Source of the DNA: Squalus acanthias
Taxonomy: Eukaryota
Direction of reading: 5' to 3'
Assembly (NCBI GenBank): GCA_030390025.1
Contig: CM059432.1
Span: 69,566,001-69,630,000 of the forward strand
Length of the DNA: 64,000 bases
Shown here: piece after piece, positions 12,728-25,494 of the stretch
Layout of the letters: every line of letters begins with the position of its first letter
How positions within the stretch are numbered: the first letter of the stretch is position 1
Program-made: the position numbers and the translations under genes
The notes under the pieces: model-generated
The model's database searches: none
Told to the model about the DNA's origin: nothing
Seen by the model: the letters and a program-made list of their open reading frames with translations, nothing else

Positions 12728-13444
12728 TGGCTGGAATTTTCTGAAGTAAGAGCGGGTGGGTTGGAGGCGTGGGGGGAAGTGAAAGTTGAAAAAATGTGAA
12801 CCCCGACTCCAGCCCGCCTCTAATCCGCCCACTTTCACCTTTCGCTCAGGTGGTGGGGGGTGGGTGGCTGCCAACCCACTGCAAAGAGGCGGGTTGGCAA
12901 TATAAATATTATAATGAGGCCCGAAGCCTCTACTTTAACCTGCTTTGCAGGTTTTACGGCAGACGGCTGGGGATCCTGGGGCTTGGGATTCCCGGCGGCT
13001 GCAACGAGGCGGCCTCAGCCTCGGGGAGCAATGCTTGTGGGCCGGGAGGAGCAAGAAAGCTTCCTCCTCTCCCCCCAAGCTTCCCCACCTGCAGCCTGGC
13101 CCTCCCCAGGTTCGAGGATCCGACCTCTCCAGGAATCGGGCCTGGAACACCCCCGCCCCCCGGGATTGCAATTCGGCCCTGGGGTCGGGGATCGGACAGC
13201 CCCTCCCTGGGGGATCGGACACCCCCCATCCTGGGCCTAGCACTTAGATGTTGCTGCGGTCTCCTGGTCCGCGTTCCCCACATGACTGGAAGCCAGCCTG
13301 TCAATCGGGCTGACTTCTGAGCGGGGAACCCGCCCCTGACGGCGCACATATGCTGTCGAGTTAAAACTCCACAGCGTGCTGGGAAACCCGACCTTCCAGA
13401 TTTCCTGCTGGGTGGTGCAGGTGGGACCCGGGAAAATCCAGTCC
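12728..13444. mobile_element. GC-rich Harbinger-type MITE
   Basis: Ends TGGCTGGAATTTT / GAAAATCCAGTCC; TSD AAT on both sides. Confidence 0.7.
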
Positions 13445-14035
13445 AATATGTTTTGGTGGCTAGAAAGCATTAGATTCCCATACAAAAATTGACCTATTGA
13501 ACAAATATATTCTTTTAAATCTGGCATTCTTATGCTGTGGCAAGGTGCCATAATGAGTTTTCTCTCAGTCACCAGAGACAGGCACTTCAGTTGTGCTATA
13601 ATTGGAATGGATGCACACCAACATCATGCAATTACCCCTGATCCAAGGATTTGGGACCGGGTCAGTGGTGCATACCTTAAAGTCTTTCCGCAGAATTTTA
13701 GCCACAGCATTTCTAAAATGGGACTATTTGCTACATGTTTACCAAAAGGCTGGTCTTATCTCCATCATAGTGTGTTATTTGTCTATCTCAGGAATCCCTT
13801 GCAATCCATAAAGTTTGTGCTATGTCCTTAGTGTTGAAAAATCAGGGAAAAGTTAAGGAAGACGATTCTGTTACTAGACAACAAATGGCAATTTGTTAAC
13901 CAGTGGTGGCTGTAGAAATAGTGAATCATGTGGTTTTTATATGCTTGTATTACTTTCAAAATGTTATATGATTGATTATCTATATTTTAGTTTTCTTATA
14001 GTATATATAACATATTTCTATTTAATTCGTTATAG

Positions 14036-14114
14036 ACTGATATCTTCTCATTGAAAGCTGTACACCTTGGCAAGCCACAAAAGCTTGTCATTGCCCATGA
14101 TGGTTTAGGTGCAG
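14036..14114 (+). CDS. RP1: RP1-like gene, exon B (PLAT domain)
   Basis: ttatag|ACT...GCAG|gtcaga; TDIFSLKAVHLGKPQKLVIAHDGLGA(G), the PLAT D.F...A..LG......I.HD motif; phase 0 to 1; absent from the ORF track. Confidence 0.85.
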
Positions 14115-14397
14115 GTCAGAAATTTTGCTTGGTTTTAAATTTTTAACTTTGACAGGTGTTTGTATTTCTATCAGACGTACTTCGCAACTGGGCAGTCTCT
14201 CTCAGAGATGTCAAAAGGATGGCTGGTGTTCTTCTGAGATTTGGGCTTAAAAGCGGAGAAGTGTTTCAATTTTTTTGAAGTTGCGAGGCATTTAAATTAA
14301 TAGGGCATGGGATAAGATCATTCACTAGAAATGTAGTACTATTTGTTTAGAGGGAAAAAGAGGCAGGTGATAATAAAACTTACAGGTAAGAACAACT

Positions 14398-14700
14398 CGT
14401 AGCCTAGTGGTTATGTTACTGGATGAGTAATGCAGATGCCTAGACTAATAATCCAGATAGCTCAACCACCCCCCCCCCCCCACCCCCACCACCACCATGG
14501 CAGTTTGAGAATATAAATTCAGATTAAAAATATGGAAATAAGAAATTGAAAGTGACCACGAGGTTGTCGTAAAATCCCACATGATTTATTGATCCTCTAG
14601 GAAAGGAAACCTGCGGTCTGGCCTATATGGGACTCCAGTTCCACATCAATGCTTAACTGCCCTCTGAAGTGGCCTAGCAAACCACTCAGTTGTATCAAAC
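14398..14700 (+). mobile_element. tRNA-derived SINE, degenerate copy of the 58898 family
   Basis: gtagcctagtggttatgttactgga head; body similar to 58898..59260. Confidence 0.6.
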
Positions 14701-14949
14701 TATGAACAGTTACTTTAACACCATGGTACTACTTACCACAAATAATTTTCAACGTGCAGCTATTTGTGTACAGAGTTTTTTGTTTCTTATCATTCTGTTT
14801 CCCTTTGGTGACTGTGCACTCTGTCATTAATCCTTTTCTGCTGCTCCATCTAGGGGCAAACTGAACGGTAGGGATGCTAGAGGTTTTAGCTATGCTGTAG
14901 GAACATTAGCCTCTTGAGAACAATGTGGCCCAGGTTTTGGGGCTACAGA

Positions 14950-15570
14950 TTAAATTTTACAGCACAGAAACATGCCATTCGGCCCAACAGGTCTATTCAC
15001 GTGCCTCCTCCCACCTTACTTCATCTCATCGTATTATCCTTCTATTCCTTTCTCCCTCATGTACTTATCTGGCTTTCTCTTAAATGGACCTATGCTGTTC
15101 GCCTCGACCACTCCATGTGGTAACAAATTCCACATTATCAGTACTCTCTGAGTAAAGAAGTTTCTCCTGAATTCCTTATTGGATTTATTATCTTATATTT
15201 ATGGCCAATGTTCCCTCTAAAATTTTGTTGTTGGGCACGGCCAGTTTTTGCAATGCGTGGCACCTTTAAATTTTTTGCAGCGGCTGCGCACCTGCAGTAT
15301 TTGAGAGCTTGTGAGCGGTCTACACGGTACCTTCAAGATTGCTGCGCGCACGCGCACAGCTTAAAGGAAACATTGTTTTTGACCTCTAGTTTTGGACTCC
15401 CCCACAAGTGGAAACATCTTCTCTATGTCTATCCTATCAAACCCTTTCATAATTTTCAAGATCTCTATCAGGTCACCTCTCAGCCTCTGTCCTAGAGAAA
15501 AGAGCCTCAGCCTGTTCCGTCTTTCCTGATAATTGTACCCTCTCCGTTCTGGTATCATCCTTGTAAATAA
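14950..15570 (-). mobile_element. CR1 3'-end fragment
   Basis: FTRMIP..RGYNYQER..RL.LFSL..RLRGDLIE. Confidence 0.8.
15206..15375. mobile_element. 170-bp hAT-like MITE inside the CR1 fragment
   Basis: TIR CAATGTTCCCTCTAA / TTAAAGGAAACATTG; degenerate 8-bp TSD TTTATGGC / TTTTTGAC. Confidence 0.65.
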
Positions 15571-15574
15571 CATT

Positions 15575-16268
15575 GCTCCATATTTTCCGATCGGAGGCTT
15601 CCTGCTTGCGGAGGCCTCCTATCTGGAAAAAATCTACACCCTTACCTGAGGGCTCCGGAGGTCCGGACATTTCTGCTCCTGGGCCGCGCGCGCAGAGGCC
15701 CAGGTATCCCAGGGACGCATGCGGTTCGCAAGCATCCCTGGGATCACGTGGGCCAAGGGGAACCAATGAAAGAAGGGTTAGACCTGTCAAAAGTATGAAT
15801 GGGGATCGCTCAAAAAACACATCAAAACATTAAATAATTTTTTTTTTTAAATCACGTTTTTAAAATTAGTTAAAATTACATTAAATTAAATATTTTAAAC
15901 AAAAATGTAAGTTTTTTATGGGGCTAAAAATAAAAGTAACTTTTTTTTAAAGTATTTTTAAATTATAAATTAAAAAAAAAAACTTTTTAAAACTCTTATG
16001 CTGGTAAAAGCAGGCCTTATGCCTGCTTTTACCAGGCGTAAGATTTGCAAGGGTTTTCAGCGGGCAGAGGTTCCGCAGAAAGCGGAACTCTCCACCCGCA
16101 GAGGCCCTTCTCCAGGGCAGGCAGAGGATCTGTCAGGAGGGTTCTTGACAGATTGGAAGTGCCGATTTTCAGCGCATGCGCTTCACATGCCTGAAACCGG
16201 CACTTGCGAGGTCCCTACGGGTGTGTACACAGCTCGTACCCACCCATGGGGGTCGGAAAATACGGGCC
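15575..16268. mobile_element. Harbinger-type MITE family D, copy 1
   Basis: Imperfect TIR ..CCATATTTTCCGA / TCGGAAAATACGGGCC; TSD ATT; GC-rich arms with an AT-rich core; similar to 34239..34994. Confidence 0.8.
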
Positions 16269-16847
16269 ATTGTGGCATAGGCAAGTACATATTGAATGGT
16301 TATTTCCTCCTTGCTAGTGTTGAAGAATTATCTTTTATTGGCATTCAATTTCCTGTCATTTGCTTTATAGTGGGGGGAATGCATTAGGAAATATTTAATT
16401 AAAATTACTGGTTTTTTTTAGGTTCAATATTAAATTGAAGCTATTTAATTAATTTTATGGAGGATTGGAAAAATGTGTACCCTTGCTGGTCATAGCTGAG
16501 CAATATCTTTGTCTTTTTTATTCAGCTAGTTTGATTTTGTTTTGCGTGTGTGCGCGGTGATTGCCGCTGATTTATGTAGTGTTAGAGTTCTTGTACATTT
16601 GTACGTATAAACTAAAAGAGGGAGATTGTTATTCCTTGTGCTGATGTTATTTTTAATATATTAGATATAAAGTCAATTATATTTAGTGTAAAAAATGAAG
16701 GGAAGGTTCAAGTTTTTTCATGTATCATTCTTCAACCATTTCAGATTATCTTCTATGCTATTTTGTAAATTTTCCACTAACATGAAAAGGCGTGATTGTA
16801 CACTGCTGCACTTACAACCAGTCTTACAGCTTCCTTTTATTTCACAG

Positions 16848-16926
16848 GAAATGGCTGGTTTCTGGAGAAGGTTACAATAACAGACTCAGTTAAAGACAGC
16901 AAAGGATTTATTTTTCCATGCCACAG
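16848..16926 (+). CDS. RP1: RP1-like gene, exon C (PLAT domain)
   Basis: tcacag|GA...CACAG|gtttga; (G)NGWFLEKVTITDSVKDSKGFIFPCH(R), the PLAT GWFL..V...FPC.R motif; phase 1 to 2. Confidence 0.87.
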
Positions 16927-17206
16927 GTTTGATTTAACTTACGTATGCATGCATTTATTTTTCTCTGTCATCAAAATGTACAACTTTTTGTACAAATTAA
17001 AACATACTACTACAATACTTTAGGTCTGCATTTATTAACTGCAAAGTATCTGATACTACACCACAAAGTCAAAGTTGTAGATAAGTATGACTTCAGTTTT
17101 GGGGACTGGGTGGTGTAACGGCTTAAAACAGTGCCATTTTACTTTCGGAACTTAGGTTTGCATCCAGCTCAGATTGATGAGATAAAAATCTTCTCTATCT
17201 GCTGGT

Positions 17207-17661
17207 AAAGAAAGACTTGCATTTATATCATGCCTTTCACGACCACTGAACATCCCAAAGTGCTTTACAGCCAATTAAGTACTTTTTTAAAAAGGTTTAG
17301 TCACTGTAATGTAGGAAATGTGGCAGCCAATTTGCACACGGCAAGCTCCCACAACAGCAATGTGACAATGACCAGATATTCTGTTTTAGTGATGCCGATT
17401 GAGAGGTAAGTATTGGCCAGGACACTGGGGATTGCTCCCCTGCTCTTCTTCAGAATAGTGCGATGGGATCTTTTACGTCCACCTGAGAGAGTGGACGGGG
17501 CCTCGCTTTAACGTCTCACCCGAAAGACGGCACCTCCGACAGTGCAGAACTCCCTCAGTGCACTGGAGTGTCAGCCTAGATTTTTGTGCTCAAGTCTCTG
17601 GAGTGGGACTTGAACCCACAACCTTCTGACTCAGAGGTGAGGGTGCTACCAACTATGCCAC
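17207..17661 (-). mobile_element. tRNA-derived DeuSINE (SacSINE1-like) with L2-type tail
   Basis: Minus strand: A box TGGCATAGTTGG, B box GGTTCAAGTCC, central gaagagcaggggagcaatccccagtgtcctggccaata (Deu-like), tail atataaatgcaagtctttcttt. Confidence 0.75.
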
Positions 17662-18674
17662 TGGATTGCTAGCAGTTATAGGACCGCAACGCAAAACTAA
17701 CACTGTGGAATATATTTTGTTAAAACTAGGGATATATTTGCAATCATACTGTCTGAGGCTTCAAGGTGTGGTAAAATGAAAATATCACACTCATGCAGAA
17801 GGGATGGTTTCTTGGACCCATGGCCCCGTGGATCAACCTGCGGTTGACTCTGCTCCTCCTTCACCTCCCTGAATCCACTGCACGATCCAGTTTCATTCTC
17901 TACCAGTACCTCTGCTGGTATTCTGCTCCAATGTTGGCTTTTTGATCTACCCCTTTCTTCTCCTGACTCTGAACGTGGACTTCTCTCTTTCACTGGTCAG
18001 TGCCTGCTTCAAGCTCTCCTCACTCCATCTACAAATGGACTGCAGCCCACTGCAGCTTCTTGGCCCTCAGGCATCAATTCTGGACTGATTACTTTTCTCC
18101 TTATTAAAACTACTACCTGCTTTCATATAATCTCTGCCATGGCCACGATATTTGCGGGAAGGGAGTGAGGGAGTGTGTTTGCTGGGGTGGGGGAATACCC
18201 GGAAATCCGGGAAGGTGGAAAATCCGGCTGGACCTCATTATCATTTTTTTTTACTCCATTTCCTCCCCAGCAGCAGGAAGAAGGCTGCAGCTGGGGACCA
18301 TAGGAGGCCGAGAAAGATTGTGGGGGTGTGGGGTGGGGAGTAGTACCAGCAATCAGGACGGAGGGGGAACTGAGAGCGATCGCGGGATTGGTGAGGGGGG
18401 GGGAGGTCGGACGGGAAATTGGGATGGAGGGGGCACCAGGAGAGATTGTGGGGTTGGAGGTGTGGGTGGTGGGGGGAGGGTTGTGTCAGATCAGCAATCA
18501 GGAGGGAGGGGAGAGCGGGAGAAATCATGGGTTTGGTGGTGGCGGGGTATCAGCTCAGGTTGGTTGGTGGTGGGGGCGGTTGGACTGGCAATCAGGAGGG
18601 AGGGGAGACCCGGAGAGATTGCAGGTTTGGAACGGGAGTCGGCCGATCGTGACAGAAGATTTGCTTGAGAGCCT

Positions 18675-20020
18675 TTTTATTATATTTGTTCCTGGGATGT
18701 GGGCGTCACTGGCAAGGCCAGCATTTATTGCCCATCCCTAATTGCCCTTGAGAAGGTGGTGGTGAGCCACCTTCTTGAACCACTGCAGTCCACGTGGTGA
18801 AGGTACTCCCACAGTACTGTTAGGGAGGGAGTTCCAGGATTTTAACCCAGCGACTATGAAGGAACGGCGATACATTTCCAAGTCAGGATGGTGTGTGACT
18901 TGGAGGGGAACTTGGAGGTGATGATGCTCCCATGCACCTGCTGCCCTTGTCCTTCTAGGTGGTCGAGGTCATGGGTTTGGGAGGTGCTGTCAAAGAAGCC
19001 TCGGCGAGTTGCTGCACTGCATCTTGTAGATGGTACACACTGCAGCCACGATACGCCGGTGGTGGAGGGACTGAATGTTTAATGTGGTGGATGGGGTGCC
19101 AATCAAGTGGTTGCTTTGTCCTGGATGGTGTCGAGCTTCTTGAGTGTTGTTGGGGCTGCACTCATCCAGGCTAGTGGAGAGTATTCCATCACACTCTTGA
19201 CTTGTGCCTTGTAGATGGTGGAAAGGATTTGGGGAGCCGGGAGGTGAGATATTCACCGCAGCATACCCAGCCTCTGACCTGCTCTTGTAGTCACAGTATT
19301 TATGTGGCTGATCCAGTTAAGTTTCTGGTCAATGGTGACCCCCAGGATGTTGATGTTGGGGGCTTTGGCGATGGTCATGCCGTTGAATGTCAAGGGGCAG
19401 TGGTTAGACACTCTCTTGTTGAAGATAGTCATTACCTGGCACTTGTGTGGCACGAATGTTACTTGTCACATATCAGCCCAAGCCTGAATGTCGTCCAGGT
19501 CTTGCTGCATGCGGGCATAGACTGCTTCATTATCTGAGGAGTTACGAATGGAAATGAACATTCTGCAATCATCAGTGAACATCCCCACTTCTGACCTTAT
19601 GATGGAAGGAAGGCCATTGATGAAGCGGCTGAAGATGATTGGGCCTAGGACACTGCCCTGAGGAACTCCTGCAGTGATATCCTGGGGCTGAGATGATTGG
19701 CCTCCAACAACCACAACCATCTTCCTTTGTGTTAGGTATGACTCCAGCCAGTGGAGAGTTTTCCCCCTGATTCCCATTGACTTCAATTTTACTAGGGCTC
19801 CTTGATGCCACACTCGGTCAAGTGCTGCCTTGATGTCAAGGGCAGTCACTGTCACCTCACCTCTGGAATTGAGCTCTTTTGTCCATGTTTGGACCAAGGC
19901 TGTAATGAGGTCTGGAGCCGAGTGATCCTGGCGGAACCCAAACTGGGCATCAGTGAGCAGGTTATTGGTGAGTAAGTGCTGCTTGATAGAACTGTCGACA
20001 ACACCTTCCATCACTTTGCT
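18675..20020 (-). mobile_element. CR1-group LINE 3' part (RT), a lineage distinct from the dominant CR1
   Basis: [42 protein letters not shown]-rich 3' end. Confidence 0.85.
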
Positions 20021-20529
20021 CCTCCTGTCCCACAAGCAATGCTGTAAAAAACACTTACTGCTGGATTTGGCTGCTCCTGCCTCCCTTTAACTGCCTGGTT
20101 TCCCTAACCCTGGGAAACGCGTGCAGGTGCATTTAATTTCAAATCGCTGCCAGAATATCAGGAACAGAGCCTCATTTAAATATAATTATGGACCCACCTC
20201 TCCAGAGTGGGTTACTCAGACTCCCCGCTATCCACTGCGGTTAAAACTGAATCAGGTGCGTGCGCGGTGGTTTGACGTTTTAACCTCCCCCCGCCACCCC
20301 CCCCCCCCCCCCATGACCCGCTCCTGCTTGTTGTGTGCATTCTGATGCACGTTTTGGCAATCACCCTGAACCCAAACTCACTATTTGCTTTGTTGCCTTC
20401 CTGACTGCCTGTTCTCCTTTCTCCTAATTTTCCCCTCACCTGCCATGCCACCTTTCCTCACTCCCCTATTAGGAATTTTGCACCCAAGGTCTTCTTTGAC
20501 AAGATCACTTACAGTTTAATCATAACTTC

Positions 20530-22282
20530 CTTGATGTGTACTCTGTTGTATTTGGATGGTCAGGCTTTTTTGTGTCTTGATCATTTCTGGATATGTTAAG
20601 TGCACCTCCAGCTGCCTCAGTCACCTTCCCACTCAAGTGCTGACCACCCAGCTCCTCTTCCTTGCCCTAAGTTGTCTGACATTGTCGGTGCTTCCGTCTC
20701 ACTCAGTCATCATCCCTCTCCTCTTCAAAACTGTTGTTATTACCCTGTCCTCAAAAAACACCTGCCCTATCTTCCATTACCGCCATCTCCAACCTCTCTT
20801 TTATTTCAAATTTCTTTGAACATGTCATTATCTCCCAGCTCAATGCCCATTTCTCCTGAAACTCCCTTCAGTGTAGTTTCTTCCCATCTCCCAGCACTGA
20901 AGCTGCCCAAATCAATGCCATGAACGACATTCTATATTACCATGGTGCTTTATCCCTCCTTGTTCTCCTCAGCCTCTCTACAGTGTTCAACACAGTTGAC
21001 TACAAACCTCCTCCAATGACTCTCATCTGTTGTCCAGCTCTGTTGGACTCTTACCTATCTGTACCTGGCCAGAGTATCTCTAGCAGTGGCTTGTCTACCC
21101 TCCCATGCGCCATCACCTACTCAGTCTGTCAAAGATTTATCTTTTCTTCCTCATTTATCTACTGCACCTTGGTAATATCATCGCAGATGTGGAGTAGCTT
21201 TCATATGTATGCGAATGATACCAAGCTCTACATCTTCACTGCTTCACTCGACCCCTCAACTCCCTCTATGCTGTCAGACTGCTTGGATGACTGCTTCTCA
21301 CACACCATCCTGACTTGGAAATATATTGCTGTTCCTTCATTGTCGCTGGGTCAAAGTCTTGGAACTCTCTACCTAACAGCACTGTGGGAGTACCTTCACC
21401 TCACGGACTGCAGTGGTTCAAGAAGGCGGCTCACTTCCACCTTTTCAAGGGCAATTAGAGATGGGCAATAAATGCTGACCTTGCCTGCAATGCCCACATC
21501 CCGTGAATTAATAAATAAAATTCCCTCCAACTCAACATCTGGAGGACTGAAGATTGCACAAGCCTCGCCACAAACTCCACTCCCTTAGCACTGATTTGAT
21601 CCTTCTCCACAACCATTCTTTAAGGCAGAATCAGAAAGTTTGCAAGCTTGATGTCCTGTTTCACCCTGAGCTGAGCTTTAGACGCCATATTCTCTCTATT
21701 ACGAAGACCACTTTCTTCCCCCACCACAGCCACTCCAGTGCTAATATCCTTATACATGCCTTTTTTACAGGTAGACTCGATTACTTCAGTGCTCTCCATG
21801 TGACCTCCCATGCTTCACCCTACATAAGCTCCAACTTGTCCCAAATTCTGCTGCAACTATACTGTCCCACACTAAGTTCTGCTCATCCATCGCCCCTGTC
21901 CTCTATTGGCTTCCTATTTCTCCATAGCCTCACACTTCCCTATCTCCACTCTGTCCTCCAACTCTTTATCCCTCCCCTAACCTGTCTGTTCCTCTTAAAC
22001 CAGCCTAGAGTGCACCCGCTCTAATCGCCCCACCATTGATGGCAGAACCATTAGCAGCCTGGGTTCTACTCTCTGACATTTTCCCTAAACCCCCCTCCAC
22101 CTTTACATTTCTCCACTTCACTTCCCTTCTTTAAAAGCGTCCTTTAAACCTGTCTCTCCAACCAAGATTTTGGTCACCCCTCCTAATCTTTCTTTTCCTA
22201 TCTCAGTGTTTATTTCTCATACACCATCTATGAAGCAACTTGGGTTGTTTATACATTGAAGGCATTATATAAATGAAAGCTG
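20530..22282 (+). mobile_element. Degenerate L2 LINE with a nested LINE 3' end (21295..21520)
   Basis: LLVLL.LS..F.TVD, FHMYA.DT.LY, LIHAF.T.RLDY motifs. Confidence 0.7.
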
Positions 22283-22289
22283 AAGTGTG

Positions 22290-22960
22290 TGGATATTGAT
22301 TCCAGTGGCAGGGGCACCGATCAAGCGAACTGCTCTGTCCTTGAGCTTCTTGAGTGTTGTTGTGACTGCACGTATCAAGACAAGTAGTGAGTATTCCATC
22401 ACACTCCTGACTTGAGCTTCATAGACCATGGAGAAGCTTTGAGGGGGTCAGGAGGTGAACCACTTATTGCAGAGTACTGAATCTCTACCCTTCTCTTGAA
22501 GCTACAGGGTTGATATGGTTGGTCCAGTTTAGCATCTGATCAGTGGTGACCCCCAAGACTGATAGTGGGGGACTCAGTGATTGTGGTGCTATTGAAGATG
22601 AGGGGGAAAAGCCTAAGGGAGATGGTCATTGTCTGCCACTTATGTGGTGCAAATGTTACCTGACACTTGTCGGTCCAAGTCCTGCAGTAGGTTGGCATGG
22701 GCTGCTTCATTATTGGAGGAGTTGTGAATGGAGCTGAACACTATGGAATTTTCAGTAAACTCCTGACCTTATGATGGAGGAAAAGTCATTGTGATGCTGC
22801 TGAAGTTGGTTGGACTGAGGAAGCTTCCCTATGGAACTTACAGTGATGTCCCAGGCTGTAATGACTGACCTGTGACAAACATAAGCATCTTCCTTTATGT
22901 CTGGTATGACTCCAGCCACTGGAGGTTTTTCCTTTTGACTTCCATTGATTTCAGTTTTAC
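22290..22960 (-). mobile_element. Degenerate copy of the 18675-type LINE
   Basis: Colinear similarity to 19080..19800. Confidence 0.6.
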
Positions 22961-24935
22961 CCGTGGATTTTAGGCCACATAATATCAATTGCATTTCCTC
23001 TATCCATTACTACCAGAACAGTTTTTAAAAACTAACAGGTAATTAAACATGACTGCCTCGAAACGCACGAGTCCTGCTCTGCAACTGTAACCATGGCAGA
23101 TTGGGACTTCGTCTGCTGGCCTTATTTGATTTTGTGAGGTATGGGGAATTTATATAAGGTGCAAGTGCCTATATCAATAGTGGTACAGATAGGGCACCCA
23201 CTATGGGGGTTGGGGTGGAAAGAGGAATTTTGCTGCAGAGGCCACAGGACTGCATGAAGAAGCTTCTTTCTGACAGTAATTGGCCCTTTTGAGAAAGGCT
23301 GGTACCCATATTACAGCCAATCGCACCACAGCCAGCTGTATAAGAAAACCAGCCTTTCAAAATCTAATGGAACCCACTTCTACCAGGATGCAGTCATGGC
23401 AAGTAATTTCTGTCTGCTTCATGCAAACATACATTACACTGGGGGCAGCAGAGGCAGAAATGGTGGGAATTCCGATGGATGCTGTCATTCCACAGTCTCG
23501 CCTCTTTTCCTCACATCATGAGTAACAGGGCGGGTGCAAGATGAAGTTGCTCCCACTGCCTGAGGAAACTGGCATATGTCAAACAGGGCGGATCCCCGGC
23601 AGAATTGATTCCCTCCCAAAATCTGCTGCCGCTCAGATCCACAAAAAGATTGTGGATTTTCTGCCCCAACTTTCCTTTCCTGAATCTATGCTGTCTATCC
23701 TTTAACAAGCCAAGCGTTTCCAAGTGATTACCTAGTAGATCTGTAAAGATCATTTTAAAGATGTTTCTACAAGTGTGAAACTTACTTGGTTATAATTTCC
23801 AGGGATGTCGCTTGCAAGTTTTTAAAAATGGGGTTTCTGTTAGGAACTCACAATCCTAAGGAAACTGTCTCCAATTTATCAATCTTACAAGAATGTCAGC
23901 TAAAGCTTTACTGGTTTCATTACCTATCCTTAAGATTTAAGGCTAGAAATTATCTATTATCTATTTCAAGAGCATTTAAACTTCTTATAACCTTCTTATA
24001 TTCTTTCTTATTTGCATTTTGTCCAGTTCTTCCTGTTGTTCCTGGAAATCTGACACCTGTTTTCATTCCTCTTCCTGAGCAAAGATAGATGTAATAGAAT
24101 TATTTAATGATTCTACTGTCCCTGGATTCGAGTTTCCCACTACAATTTTTAAGTGAACCAAAATTTTCTTTCATCCTTCGTTTACTGTGATTATATTTGG
24201 AAAGTATTTGCTATCTGCGACGCTCTCAACAGTCATTTGGGTTCTCCTAATTTTTCATCTTGCTTTTACTTGTCTTTATAATTTATCCAATGTTTCTGTC
24301 TACTGAATTCCTTGGAAGCCTTTTGGTTATCCTAATATTACATTCTATATCCCTACTTAACAAGATGGGTCAAACTTAGTCGATTTTGATTTGGCTGAAA
24401 CAAATTTTGATTGTAATCTCATCAACAATTTCTTAAACACTTTCTATTTTTCTAATGTATTGCTGCCATTATTTTTTTCTAATTTTTAAAGTTCATTTTG
24501 CATTCTCTCAAAGTTTGCTCTTTTTAAAAGCAATGTTTTGTGTCACTCATGAGTATTTCAGTTTGAATAATATTATTATCACTGTATCCCAGGTGCTCAT
24601 CTGCTTCTACCTTATCTACCATACCTGGAAAATTACTAAAGATTAGATTTAAAAATCTAAAATCTAAAAATTTCAAACAGTTTTTGGGAGAGGGTTTATA
24701 ATTTATGCATACTTTGCTCCCCTTTCCATCAAGTTTTCTTATTTTGTTCATGGATCTACTCATATTATACTGGTTTGGTGGTAGAGCAGGAAAAAAAATG
24801 ATTAATGTGTGACGGACATGTTATATATTTGCCCCATTACATTTTTTCAACTGCCCTACAGATTACTATCCTTCTGCCAGACGTTAATTTTAACACATTG
24901 CAAATAGTGTATAGTATATAATTTTCTTTTGACAG

Positions 24936-25012
24936 ATGGCTGGATCAGGGAGAGGATGATGGCAAAATTGCACGGGAACTATACGTTGCAGACAACTTCA
25001 CCTTTCCGGCAA
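24936..25012 (+). CDS. RP1: RP1-like gene, exon D (PLAT C-terminus)
   Basis: tgacag|A...GCAA|gtaagt; (R)WLDQGEDDGKIARELYVADNFTFPA, the WL...EDDG...REL end of PLAT; phase 2 to 1. Confidence 0.87.
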
Positions 25013-25148
25013 GTAAGTGCCTAGACAATCCAGTACCAACTTCACCAGATGGCTTCTTTTGTGAATAAGCAGTGCTCTGTTATCATTATGAACAGACGCT
25101 TCTGCATTTTGCTTAATGGAAACTGATGTCATCTTTTTATCTTTACAG

Positions 25149-25180
25149 AACATGAGCTGGAATTCAGAAGAAAGGAAATT
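25149..25180 (+). CDS. RP1: RP1-like gene, 32-nt linker exon E
   Basis: ttacag|AA...ATT|gtaaga; (K)HELEFRRKEI; phase 1 to 0, needed to join exon D to exon F in frame. Confidence 0.75.
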
Positions 25181-25364
25181 GTAAGAAACCCTTTTTCCCT
25201 TTCATGAATTAATTTCACGTAAACATGTTGAAAGCCCATTAGATTTTGCAGAAGCATCAAACAGTTAAACACAGATTGTATTTTTAAAAGTCTGTGTTTG
25301 TTGACTTAAATCTTACTTCCCTGATCGGCCCATAAATTAGTAGTGCTTTTATCTCTCTAATCAG

Positions 25365-25494
25365 TGGGCTGCTGAGAGGTGGAAGTTCAAGGCGGGGAGG
25401 ATTTTGCAGTTTTACTGCAAACCAACAGGAAAGTTCATACGTCTGATGCCAGATGGCACTGTGGATGCTATTGCAGAGAAGGACGATCACAATG
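25365..25494 (+). CDS. RP1: RP1-like gene, exon F (start of beta-trefoil-like region)
   Basis: aatcag|TGG...AATG|gtatga; WAAERWKFKAGRILQFYCKPTGKFIRLMPDGTVDAIAEKDDHN, similar to the FGF-type LYC..G.FL.I.PDG.V motif; phase 0 to 1. Confidence 0.82.

Noticed and set aside
12796..13349. Overlapping 100-174 aa ORFs
   Set aside because: GC-rich interior of a TIR/TSD-bounded MITE with few stops in any frame and no domain motifs.
17590..17661. tRNA gene
   Set aside because: The A/B boxes continue into a SINE body and LINE-type tail; no complete cloverleaf is evident.
18152..18741. Gly-rich ORFs or G-quadruplex-like region
   Set aside because: Low-complexity G-rich sequence abutting a LINE tail; no coding or boundary evidence I can support.
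958..25012. LOXHD1 or PKD1-like assignment for the PLAT exons
   Set aside because: Downstream in-phase exons encode non-PLAT, non-transmembrane trefoil-like repeats that fit the RP1 long form better; not confirmed by a search.
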